A DNA stretch of 63,928 nucleotides, the filler included, from Octopus bimaculoides (taxonomy: Eukaryota): assembly GCF_001194135.2 (NCBI RefSeq). It is 4 parts of 4 records of this genome, joined end to end, with 100 filler letters (N's around TTAATTAATTAA, not from the genome) between each part and the next. Parts side by side here need not be neighbours in the genome. Positions count along the whole stretch, not along the records: positions 30,459 to 39,244 come from NC_068995.1; positions 39,345 to 41,076 come from NW_026431670.1; positions 41,177 to 63,928 come from NC_068999.1; 1 more part is not named here. The stretch is one strand, 5' to 3'. The translations under genes and the position numbers were made by a program. Under the pieces are notes generated by a model, which ran no database searches, was not told where the DNA came from, and worked only from the letters and a program-made list of their open reading frames with translations. Shown here in pieces: positions 36,330-47,907 of this stretch (position 1 is its first letter; every line of letters begins with the position of its first letter).

Positions 36330-38270
36330 CCATCTTGTGGGCTCCAAAAAGCTAGCAAGAACTTCCTGAAATGTAAACATGGTCCGAAAATCTTTAGGAT
36401 TCTCGCGCATTCAGCTATGCATAACTTGCAACGCTTCGTCCCGTTGATGTAGGAGCCTGAGTTTTGGAGGATTTTCCATGCGATCTAGCATGGAATCCCA
36501 TCGTCTCTTAGTTGCCAGACGTGGCTGGCCAGTGATGTTACGTATCTCCTTTCCGGAACTCTAAAGGAGGACCTGTGGTTGGAGTGACGTTGCTTGAAAG
36601 AGTTCTCGGAAATTCCATTGTATCTCTGTGAGCGTGTGTTGTCGGTGTTGTACCTGCTGGTGTTGCTATCGTTGCTGCCGCCGACATCGTTGTTGTTGAA
36701 GCTGGGACTACTAGCGTCGGCGGCGTTGGAGGTGCTGGTGGCGTCGGTAATGGTATCATCACTGCCGGTTATGGGGAAGGCTCTGTTGTTGTTGTGGTCC
36801 TCGTCATCGGTGGGAGAGTTGCAGTTGCTGCTAGGGGTGTCATTAGCTGTGGTTCCGCTGGTGTTTCTGCTAGGGCCACTGTCGCCGCTGCTGCTGTTGC
36901 TATTGCTGCCATTATTGCCGTTATTGCTGGCGGTCGCACTGGAGACCTGTTGCTGCTGCTACAGGGGTTGTCAGGTTTGCTGCTGTGGACAATAGAGAAG
37001 TTGTTGGTAATACTGCTGCTGGTTCTCGTATCTACGGCTGCTACTGATTCTACTGGTGGTATTGCCAGGGTTTGCTAGTACTTCGGCTTCTTAGACGACC
37101 CCTTTGGTTTCGTAGTGGCCTCCCATCGGGAATCTTTTGCGGTCCATGCATGAATATCCTGCATCTTCCTGTGGCCCAGGGGCGCTAACTAGGATGCTTT
37201 TAATATTGGGGGCACAGCTAAACGAGTCTCTAATGCTGTGCTTGTTGAATATGGGCCCGTACCTATGGAAGCTAATGAAATGCTTATTTATTAATTTAAG
37301 CAATATCCTACCTACGGGCGTTTTTGTGTTAAGAGAGAAGATGAGAGGAGTGGCAAACCGAATAGTATTTCTGCGGCGCTTCCGTCTACGGTTGTTGGAT
37401 TCCGGCATGTAGGAGATGCGGTCCCTAAATCCGCTGGCAGCTCGGGCCTCGTTATAGTACGGGGCCGCTGCATCGAAAATCTCTTAGTTGGAGGAAAGGT
37501 TCGTGATCCTCTTACTAACACCTTTTACCCGGTTTTTGAACACGATGGGTGGGTAGCAGGAGGCTGTGTTGATGTATGTTAGTCTCTCGTTTGGTTTGCG
37601 GTAGGGCCTGTATGTAGCGGAGCCCAAGTCGAGTGTGACGTTTAATATGTCCGCGGTTGTGAGGTTAGTCTGTATGGTTGTTTTCAATCCCATGGAACCA
37701 AGCGTGCTGATTGGAACTTTTCTAAGCCTGTCTAGTGTATGCCCGTTTACCTCGCCCCCTGGAGATGGCCAGAGTTTCATCTCTGTAGAAGCCAAAGAGG
37801 ACAGAGGGGAACTTTTCCCTAAGGATATCGAGGATATACAACCCGATGAGGTCGCATACGTCAGCGCTGTCGAAGGCTCCCATCACTACGTCAAAAGAGT
37901 CCGTGGGGTTGGATTCCTTGACCCATGCTGAACCTTTGTTGAACAGCACTGTCTTGCTGGCATGCATAATGACTTCTATATCTCTATCGCTAAACCCCTA
38001 GCGAAAGAAAGCGCCTTGGCCAGTAGTCTTTTTGATATAGACGAGTAAAAGCCGACTATATCTAATTGGGTGAGCCTTGCTCTGCTCTTCTCTTGTTGGT
38101 GTTAAACCATGTGGTCACTTCGTTAATATTGCACCACAGGGAAAGGTTGGTGGCCTTCCTTATGTTGTTATTAATATTTCTCAATATGTGCTTGCTCGCC
38201 AGACCGATCTCGGATTTGGCCGGATTGATCAGGCGGCATTTAGGGTTTGAGACAAAATTCGGTTTATGAT
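36330..38270 (-). mobile_element. Penelope-like element (second family; RT plus GIY-YIG), degenerate
   Basis: KPNFVSNPKCRLINPAKSEIG; DIVGFYSSIS; FDVVMGAFDSADVCDLIGLYIL..GFYRDE; RFATPLIFSLNTKTPVGRILLKLINKHF; GVV*EAEV; YNGISENSFKQRHSNHRSSF; SLASHVWQLRD; KRCKLCIAE. Confidence 0.9.
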
Positions 38271-38294
38271 CTTTTCTTTCCTACTCTAGATACA

Positions 38295-38484
38295 AGGCTC
38301 GAAATTTTGGAAGAGGGAGCCAGTCGATTAGATCGACTCCAGTACACAACTGGTGCTTAATTTATCTATTCCGAAGGATGAAAGGCAAAGTCGACCTCGG
38401 CGGAATTTGAACTCAGAACGTAAAGACAGATGAAATATCGCTAAGCATCTCGCCCGGCGTGCTATCGTTTCTGCTCGCTGCCTT
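38295..38484 (-). mobile_element. SINE family A copy
   Basis: Core match with most CpGs intact. Sits between the Penelope RT and the duplicated low-complexity segment. Confidence 0.85.
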
Positions 38485-38486
38485 AT

Positions 38487-38870
38487 GTTGTTGCTATTGT
38501 GGTCCTCGTCATTAGTGGGAGAGTTGCAGTTGCTGCTAGGGGTGTCATTAGCTGTGGTTCCGCTGGTGTTTCTGCTAGGGCCACTGTCACTGCTGCTGCT
38601 GTTGCTATTGCTGCTATTATTGCCGTTATTTTTGGCGGTCGCACTGGACCTGTGGCTGCTGCATTAGAGGCTGTCAGGTTTGCTGCTGTGGACGTTAGGG
38701 AAGCTGTTGGTAATGATGCTGCCGATGGCGAAGTTGGTGTTGTTACTGCTGTCTATGCCCTCGGGGGAACTGCCAGTTATGTAGCTGGTGCTGTTATTGT
38801 TATTGCTACTATATCTGTTAACTGCGGCGATGGTGGTGATGTTGCTGGTTCCATTCTACGGTTTAAACTA
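38487..38870 (-). repeat. Second copy of the Asn/Ser/Thr-rich Penelope insert
   Basis: 38487-38723 aligns with 36785-37020 at high identity by eye. Confidence 0.85.
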
Positions 38871-40329
38871 AAGCTTCGATGAGATAAGTATTGCCTTTAT
38901 TTTCAATATTATCGTTAAATATCTTTCTTTTATTTATTGGTAAAATAAGTACTTTTACTTATTGATATAATAAGTATTTTTATATAAATTCATTTGTTAT
39001 TTATTGTTAGTTGATATATATACATTCCTTTTATCATCATTATTATTGTATTTTGACCCGAAGATTAGCTATATTTTTTAATACAATTGATTTTCGATCG
39101 ATTTATTTTAATCGATTTTATTTTATTTTATTTTATTTTCTATTTGAAAATGTGGTTATGAAACACGTGTAGTCATTTTATTATTTTAATAATAATTACT
39201 TTGTATTTTATTGTAGTTCTTTTTAGTGTATTTACTTATTAAATNNNNNNNNNNNNNNNNNNNNNNNNNNNNNNNNNNNNNNNNNNNNTTAATTAATTAA
39301 NNNNNNNNNNNNNNNNNNNNNNNNNNNNNNNNNNNNNNNNNNNNTGCATCCTTGGCACGTGTCTCATTTATAATCGCAATGTCTAGGTTTTTCTTTTGTA
39401 TTCTTGAATAGGTTGGACGCATTCCTTTGAACTTCATCTGATTTATACCGTGGACACATCGACTTTTAAGAAGTTAACTGAAAATGAAGACACAACAGAA
39501 AATGTATCTAGAGCTGTGAGTTACCATGTATTCTCTTTCGCTCCCCCTCTGCGTTTCTTTATCTCTGTCTCTCTTCTCCCTCTCTCTTACTCACGCACAC
39601 ACACACATGTCATATTACATCTACAAGTCATTTTTAAGTTTTATCATCAATGATGATTATATATTCAATGGTGGTTTCTCAAAGTCCATTAGCANNNNNN
39701 NNNNNNNNNNNNNNNNNNNNNNNNNNNNNNNNNNNNNNNNNNNNNNNNNNNNNNNNNNNNNNNNNNNNNNNNNNNNNNNNNNNNNNNNNNNNNNNNNNNN
39801 NNNNNNNNNNNNNNNNNNNNNNNNNNNNNNNNNNNNNNNNNNNNNNNNNNNNNNNNNNNNNNNNNNNNNNNNNNNNNNNNNNNNNNNNNNNNNNNNNNNN
39901 NNNNNNNNNNNNNNNNNNNNNNNNNNNNNNNNNNNNNNNNNNNNNNNNNNNNNNNNNNNNNNNNNNNNNNNNNNNNNNNNNNNNNNNNNNNNNNNNNNNN
40001 NNNNNNNNNNNNNNNNNNNNNNNNNNNNNNNNNNNNNNNNNNNNNNNNNNNNNNNNNNNNNNNNNNNNNNNNNNNNNNNNNNNNNNNNNNNNNNNNNNNN
40101 NNNNNNNNNNNNNNNNNNNNNNNNNNNNNNNNNNNNNNNNNNNNNNNNNNNNNNNNNNNNNNNNNNNNNNNNNNNNNNNNNNNNNNNNNNNNNNNTTGTA
40201 TCCCCTTGTACACTAGACATCAAAAAATTAATTTCATTACTAACATTTTACATATCTATTATGGCGTTTACGACTATTACAATTATTATAATGTTATTTC
40301 ATTAATTGAAGATATAATCTGGCATAAAT

Positions 40330-40776
40330 CTTTAGGAATGGAATAACCAATTCTAAGAAGCCGGGGTTAATAGCATCATAATATCTATTTTCTTTTGTAA
40401 AGTGTTTATAACAGATCTTATGTATGGTTCCAATTAAGTTACCCCGGGTTTGCTTAGCGAATGGATCTATGAACCAAACGATGTTGTTTCTACTAGGAGA
40501 TGNNNNNNNNNNNNNNNNNNNNNNNNNNNNNNNNNNNNNNNNNNNNNNNNNNNNNNNNNNNNNNNNNNNNNNNNNNNNNNNNNNNNNNNNNNNNNNNNNN
40601 NNNNNNNNNNNNNTGGGTTTCATATTTTGTATTTCATTTTTCACTTTTGGACATTTAACTTTACCTGCCCTGCACTTATACCTATTCCAGGCTATTTGCT
40701 TAAAATCATTACCAACATAGGAAACATCTATGTTGTTCGAGGTGCTGAAGCACATATTTGTAGGATAATATAACAA
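40330..40776 (-). mobile_element. Penelope-like fragment (thumb/endonuclease region), gapped
   Basis: SRNNIVWFIDPFAKQTRGNLIGTIHKICYKHF and a degenerate SYVG.NDFKQ motif. Confidence 0.6.
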
Positions 40777-41120
40777 TTTTTGCTTTATTCCAGATTTATT
40801 AAGTNNNNNNNNNNNNNNNNNNNNNNNNNNNNNAATAATATGTCTTGAAGGAAAGTGTCAAATTTGTCTTCAGTGTCAAGATCAGCCAAAAGAATGACTC
40901 TGAGAGACAGTTGCAGAAAGGGAAGCATACCAAGAAACGAATAGACTGTTCACTACAAACGCCAGAGCCCCTCACAGTGATGAACAGAGGTGTGCACCGG
41001 TTACAATATATAGGATCTCCACTGCAGAACGAAGAGCAGTTGCAACAGATTAGAGATTCTATTGGTGCAATGACAANNNNNNNNNNNNNNNNNNNNNNNN
41101 NNNNNNNNNNNNNNNNNNNN

Positions 41121-41132
41121 TTAATTAATTAA
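41121..41132. other. Scaffolding linker TTAATTAATTAA between N-runs (also 30403-30414, 39289-39300)
   Basis: Identical 12-mer embedded in Ns three times; has stop codons in all six frames. Assembly artefact. Confidence 0.9.
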
Positions 41133-42089
41133 NNNNNNNNNNNNNNNNNNNNNNNNNNNNNNNNNNNNNNNNNNNNGGGGGGGGGGTAAGGGGAAGATTG
41201 GTGGAGAAACATCTGGAAAGATTCAGGACAAAATGATATTAGAAGGTTAGCTAAAGTATTTTGCTGTTGCTGTTTAGCCACAGGTCAGCCTTCAGTCAGC
41301 AAACAAACCATGAGTGATGTTCTAACCATGACCACACCACAGAGTCTCTGTACTACATGCATAATATCTAATGTTCTTTCCCTTTCAAGACAGTGGGGTA
41401 TGATTTGTTTGGCTGCTGTTTCTAGCGGACTGTATGAGCATGCAAAAGTTTCTTTGTTGTCTTGTTTCTTGTTGTTGCTGCTTAATTCCAGGTTAGTCCT
41501 AACTGAGCAGACTACTGATCATAGGCATTCCAGCTGCGACCATCCCAACCTTTATTCTGTGGGCAAAGAACTTGGGACCACATTTCTCACAGTAGAGGAC
41601 TGTGATTTGAGGGAGATTTTGTCATTCTTTCTGGCAGGTGGAGCAACAACACTGAACAGTCATGAGAAGACTGTAGCCTGCAACACTTTCTAAATGGTTT
41701 ACTTAAGGAAAATTAACTCGAGTATTTGTTAGTAATGTGGCCCAAGCTGATGAGAGGCCATGTCTGATGCAACCTACTTCTTTGGGAAAGATTGCCCAAG
41801 CCTGACAAGGAGGATCCGACTTGGGATTGTTATGGTGTCCAGGAGGCGTGTGTGTGTTTGTGAGTGTTACAAATGTTATATGTATTTGTAGTTTGGTTTC
41901 ATGTGTATGAGTACATGTATGACGGATGTGGGGTCAGAAATGTTGTGTGTTTGTGGGGAAGCCAGGGCTCCACTGCGTAACCCTTACACTTTTATAACAG
42001 AACACACATCCATGAACACCAGTAGGTATGACAAGTCAACCAGCATCCCACAACACACACACACATGCATGCACACAAATTTTACAGCT

Positions 42090-42315
42090 TTAACCCCTTA
42101 GCATCCAAACTGGCCATACCTGGCCCAATTATTCTCCATTTTATGTTCAAACTAGCCAGATCTGGCCTCTCACACCTACCTGACAATGTCATTCAAATCA
42201 TAAACAATCTCACCATTGAAATCTCACAGCTACAAGATAACGCATGATTAATTCAAAACAATGTGGATAAATAGACATTACATTTGATAGAGAAATCCAA
42301 ATCCTAAAGGGTTAA
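42090..42315. mobile_element. piggyBac-type MITE (TTAA-CCC...GGG-TTAA)
   Basis: Begins ttaaccccttagcat and ends atcctaaagggttaa. Homologous copies at 57901-58128, 48761-48925 (reverse, partial) and 58757-58951 (reverse). Confidence 0.75.
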
Positions 42316-43242
42316 GGAATCATAATGCGGCATTTGTTTCACTGTGTTTCAGGAAATGCGAGACAAACTTACTCCTGGATAGCACTATAGTCTATCCATG
42401 GAGTATCATTATAAATTCTCTGACATCTAAGTGAACAACGTAGAATTTATTAGTAGTAGTAGTAATAATAGCATTAGCAGTAGTAGTAGCAGCAGCAGCA
42501 GCAGTAGCAGTGGTTGTGATGGTAGTTATGGTGATGGTGGTGGAACAGAATGTCTGGAGAAAGATCCTGAACATCCAGCAGTTATGACCTCCACTAAATT
42601 CCAATCTAACACTGGAGATGTAATTGTCTATTTAATTATTAACTTAATATAATTATGGCTAAATTAGTTTATTTTTCTTCCTTTCTTTTTATTTCTATTT
42701 TACAGTCATGACAGAAACTTAATGAGGTGCTCCAGGTAAGAAATCATCTCTGTCTCTCTCTGTATCTGTCTGTGTCTCTCTGGGCTAATTCGAAAAGTCG
42801 GTGGTGGTGGTGGGCAAATGGTTGCCAAGAGAGATAGCATATGACATAGACAAAATAGACAGAAACAGGGAGAGAAACACACAGACAGACAGACAGTTTG
42901 ATGGAGAGATTTATAAACAGAGTGACGTGGACAGAGAGACAGATAGGAAGGTAGGTAAATAAGATACACTTGTATAAACTTACAGGTAGATTTAGACAGA
43001 GAGGTTCACAAATATACATACATATATAGACAGATGGACAAATAGGAAGGTAAACAGAGATAATTGTATGTAATTAGACAGACATACAGACAGACATATA
43101 CGGACAGTCAGACTTATAAATAGACAGATAGACAGGTAAACAGATAAAGATATATAGTCAGACAGACCACTAGTCAGACAGACCACTAGTCAGACAAGTA
43201 GATTGTCAGATTGATATACTTATATATATATATATATATATA

Positions 43243-43278
<36 letters not shown>

Positions 43279-45230
43279 GATAGATAGATGGATAGACATG
43301 GACAAGTAGATAAAGATAGGTAGACAGACATATGGATAGATAGACAGACAGGCCAATGGATAGATAGACAATGACAGACAAACATATGGAGAGAGACAAA
43401 CACAGAGACACAGATATAAAAAGAAAAGAAAAAAACACAGATATAGCGACAGGCAAACAGACAAAGCAAGAGAATAGGTAAGATAACTGAAAATTGGCAA
43501 GATAGAGGGTACGTTCGTTACCAGATGCCTATATTTAACCAATCATTTACAGAATATAATTACCAATTCTTCCAGAAGTATCACCTTTTTTTCCATCCTT
43601 CTTCATTGCATCCATGTAACTTATTTTAAACTTCTAACACTGGCTAATCGGCCCAGACTTTTTGCAATCGTTATCTCCTTAATGAAGGTTCCACATCGAC
43701 ACACAAACACCCACAACTCTTTAAAGATTGTTTGTAACTAAATTACAAGAAAACAACCCTCCCGCCCCCACCTCACTTTCCATGAAAAAAGAGGGGATGT
43801 ATTTTTAGCCTCGAGACAACCTGACGAGGTGAGAACATGGTTGGCAAGAGGAGGGAAGGGAGAGAGAATTTTGTTGTTTTTTTTCCCAGCCAAGAAGAGC
43901 AAGTGTAATTTTGGTATTCAGTAGAACTGGTTTTAGAAACCATTGAAATAATTCCGCCTCACTTAATAACCTCAACAATTATGGAAAGCACTGAGACACA
44001 AAAGTGACGAGGTGAGTGGGAAGATAGTGATGATGATGGTGAGGATTTGGATAGATGGGGGAGGGGATAGTTGTGTTAATCACAGCCTTCACTATCATCA
44101 TCATCATCATCACCACCACCACCAGCCCTTGATTTGGTTTTGCTTTCATCATCCTTGGAGGGGAGCAAAAGCAAAGACGACCTCAGCTGTATTTGAACCA
44201 AGAAGTCAATAAATACAGAAATACTGCAAAGCATTTTAGCCAACAGCCAATCTAACAATGCGCTAACGATGTTAATTAGAATAATGGTTTATGAGATTAA
44301 AACTTTGGTGAGAACACAGTACTATGATGAAACAGACCTCAGTACATTACTGGTATCTATTAAAGTTTAAGTATAAAATTTCTCAAATTCCATTAGGATT
44401 TGAACCAAGATGTGTAGCTAAGAGGTTCACTCTTCTACAACCACAGGCTTCCAAGAGTTAGGTTCTATTGCAGGGTACCTTGGGACAAGTGGCTTCTACC
44501 ATAGACAATGCCTTTAGTGATCGGAATTGTATAGAAGGAATCATTATTTATATGACAACTGAGTGATTTCACACAACAGCTGACGAACATTGACCCATGC
44601 GTTGATTATTGATCAGAAATCAGATAAATTCATATCTGTGGCTTGCTGGGAAACTCCAAGTACTGAATACAATAGTTCCATGTCAGCACAATACACACAC
44701 ATATCTATGAATGTGTGTGCATGTTTTATAGTGGTGAGCCCCTACCTGTTGTCACAGTATCCTTCTAGAAGAATGACACTGATGTAAAACTTGCTGGTCA
44801 GCTCGCTTCAGCTGGTCATTAGGTACTAATCACAGAGTGATACTCGTGTTATATAAACACTGACCACTATAATCCCATGACGTACAGGTGTCTCTTTATG
44901 GGGACCTCTTTTGTCCTTCCATCGACGGACAGCGTTATGGCATTAAAAGAAGGATGGCAAGGATTGCAGATCTGACAAGTGAATGAAAAATGTCTGAAAT
45001 TTCGATTGAGGAATTCCTCATTGCACAAAAATGATCTGATCCAATCCAGTGCAAGTTCCAACTTTTGGCTGTGACCTTTGCTTCGGACCATGCAGATTTG
45101 CAGTGGGATTCAACGGCCATCTGGGTGGTCATAGAGGGAGAGTCAGAAATGCTACTGACAATGAGGAAGCACAAGGAGACAGCAATCATTTGTGAAGATG
45201 GAACAATCACATGTATGTATGTATGTGTAT

Positions 45231-45276
<46 letters not shown>

Positions 45277-46264
45277 NNNNNNNNNNAGAGAAAGAGAGAG
45301 GGAGGGAGGGAGAAAGAGAGAGAAAGGGAGACAGAAAGACAGAGAGATACGTATATGCATGTATGTTGTATATTGGGGAGAACATTGCCAATAAATTGGT
45401 GCTCTGAACAAAAATACCTTGTGTTATTTATTCAGCCCGAGTTTTGAGTCTCACAATCAATTCCTTGTCGTTCTCCCCCCACCCCACCATAACTGGAGTG
45501 TCTGTAATGAAAGAGTGTGTGTGTGCTTGTGTGTGGGAGCGAGCAAGTGTGTGTATAGTATGTACACATGTAACAAGTGTGTGTGTTTGTGGAGAATTTG
45601 ATGAATTGTAAAGACAAGAAGTTAATTGGTGTGGAAGAGTTAAAAATGAAAAAGTGATAAATGGTAAACACCATCATCATCATCATAACTGCCATCATCG
45701 CTTTCATCACTCCACCTGATCGTTATCACCATCAACAACACTCCACCTGTTCATCATCATCATCATCATCTTCACAAACAACAAAAATAACATCAATAAC
45801 AAGAGAAAAGAATGCGAAAAAGGTTTGGTTAGCAGCATTTTGGTGGAGTCGTTGGTGTTGGCGGTGGTGTGTTGGAAATGGTGGTGTTAGTGGTGTGTTG
45901 GTGGGAGAAGAGGGTGATGGTGTGTTGGTGGAGTGTCGGCAGCGGTGTGTGTGTGTGTGAGTGTGGTATGTTGGCAATGGTAATGCATTGGAGGTTAATG
46001 TGTTGGAAGGAATGGTATGTTGGAGGTGATGGTCGTGGTGTGTTGGAAGTGTTAGTGGTGGTGTTTGGGAGGTGATGGTGGCAGTGCCATGCTCAATCGT
46101 GTCTCTATGGGTTTGTGCAGTGAGTGCAGGGGCCGATGGTGGTTGTGTCAAGACAGGGGTGGGGGTGGAGGCGTGACGCTGCGGGCATTGTGATAGCAGA
46201 ATGGAGCGCAGTGGCATTGGGCAGGCGGATAAAATGGGGGTGAAATACATACGTAACACCGTAC

Positions 46265-46431
46265 CGTCATGGGACTTCCTGGGGCCATCCCTGGCATCTG
46301 AGGAGCTAATATCACATTGGTCAGTATGCCATGCTCATCGACGATCTGCTGTACCATATGACCAGGAGCCACTTGCATAGGCATGGGTAACGGTGGACCA
46401 CTATTGGAGACCATCCGTACTGTGGCAGGAC
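46265..46431 (-). CDS. FNDC3: Internal exon of an FNDC3A/B-like gene (N-terminal Pro-rich region)
   Basis: Acceptor tttgttgttatactttcag. Encodes (G)PATVRMVSNSGPPLPMPMQVAPGHMVQQIVDEHGILTNVILAPQMPGMAPGSPMT, resembling the FNDC3A segment GPAQVPMMSPNGSVPPIYVPPGYAPQVIEDNGVRRVVVVPQ (recalled from memory). Donor at 46265 or 46253. No other exon of this gene was recognised. Confidence 0.75.
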
Positions 46432-47714
46432 CTGAAAGTATAACAACAAAACATTAGTAAACAAATTTGAACATTTGGACAATTTAAACAAACCCTTTTT
46501 TACAGCTCCCACCAGGGATTGAGTTGGACACTTTATACTTAACCCTTTACGCCAGTGTGACCTGACCCTTGCCTCCACCATCAGCTGGTATTGAACCCAG
46601 CTCCTATCACTGACTGAGGGTGACTTTTGACCTTAGTGGTAGGGCTCATGACCTTTACAGGCTCCAAGAGACTGGTGATGAGGCCCTTATTTTGTGCCAA
46701 GGTTGGTGAACTTGATGCCTTTAAAAATGTCCGACAACCCTTGTTAAAACATTGCTATTTAAATTAAATCATTGACTGAATTGTCATCAACATCATCATC
46801 ATCATCACCAACAACATAATGTTTCAGTGGATTATCAGAGATCCAGACGTTAGATAAACCAAAGATTAATTCAAAGTTAGACTCTGGTCTTAAATAATCC
46901 ATGAATTATCTCAGAAACAACTTCTCAAGTCGTTAGATAATCTAAGGATTATCTCAAATGACCCAATTATTATTTTAGACTCATAAGTTAGATAATCCAT
47001 GAATTATGACACTTTTGTGTTACAAAATTCCAGGATCATTTAAACCCTGATGTCAGCTAATCCACAGATATCAGGTTGTGATGTCACATAGTCTCAGAAT
47101 CATCTTAGAAGCCTTAGATTAAAATTTCTTGTTCAAAACATCAAATTAATTTTCAAAAAAAAAAAAAAAATTTTAAATTAACAAAATTTCAATTAATTTT
47201 ATTAAATCATTTAGTAATTATTTGAAAATTAATTGAGGCCCGCAGAGACTTTGTATAGCCATTGTTGAAGTTGGGGTCAGAAAAGGAACAGACACTAAGA
47301 TTTCAACCATGACCGTCATTAAGCAAATTAACTTGGAGAAAGTGGTTCTGGATAATTTGTTAATTATTTTTCTATTTTTGGCACTGATGGTGGTAGTGGG
47401 GAGGGGATTTTATATTAAACCAATATGTTAGTATTTTTGTAAAAATGTTGTTGCTTTTAGCGTTATGATGTTGCTGAAGACTGAGTCTTTGAAGATGATT
47501 GTGAGCGCCGTCTTGGCAATGATGTCTGTTAGTTCTCTGATCCAAGAAATTCTTTAAAATGGAGATAATGTCATGTGTGGGAGTAAAGACAGAGATTTGT
47601 CTCTGATGGGATATGAAGAAGAGCAAGTGAGAGGTGCCAAGTGTTAAACGGAAGGGTATATCAGACAATGCAATATATTAGAAACTTTAAGAAGAAAGAA
47701 ATAGGGAGAAAGTG

Positions 47715-47907
47715 CAGGGTGTTCAAAAAGTCTCTCCGCAGTAAGTATTTCAATGCAAAATAAATATTTATTGAAAAGAGGGTATAAGACTACAAAAGAA
47801 TAGATTAGATTTTACAAGACTTGAAAAGCTTCATAAGAGGAGTTGAAAGGCATCTTGGAGTGTCGGGATGAAAAAATTCACTGTGGAGAGACATTTTGAA
47901 CATCCTG
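47715..47907. mobile_element. Tc1/mariner-type MITE (193 bp, 28-bp TIRs)
   Basis: cagggtgttcaaaaagtctctccgcagt / actgtggagagacattttgaacatcctg; TA on the right side, TG on the left. Confidence 0.8.

Noticed and set aside
36594-37078. Leu/Val/Ala-rich + strand ORFs that look like membrane proteins (also 38485-38882)
   Set aside because: They are the antisense reading of the AAC/AGC-rich Penelope insert.
30403-41132. Three identical TTAATTAATTAA 12-mers
   Set aside because: Each is embedded in N-runs: scaffolding linkers, not biology.
45732-46259. 175-aa Thr/Pro/His-rich minus-strand ORF after the FNDC3 exon
   Set aside because: Derived from CA/CAC-rich low-complexity intron sequence, in a different frame from the exon, no recognisable motif.
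46555-46660. Clustered TGACCT-like half-sites, including DR1-like tgacttttgacct at 46621
   Set aside because: Short motifs expected by chance; no supporting conservation data.
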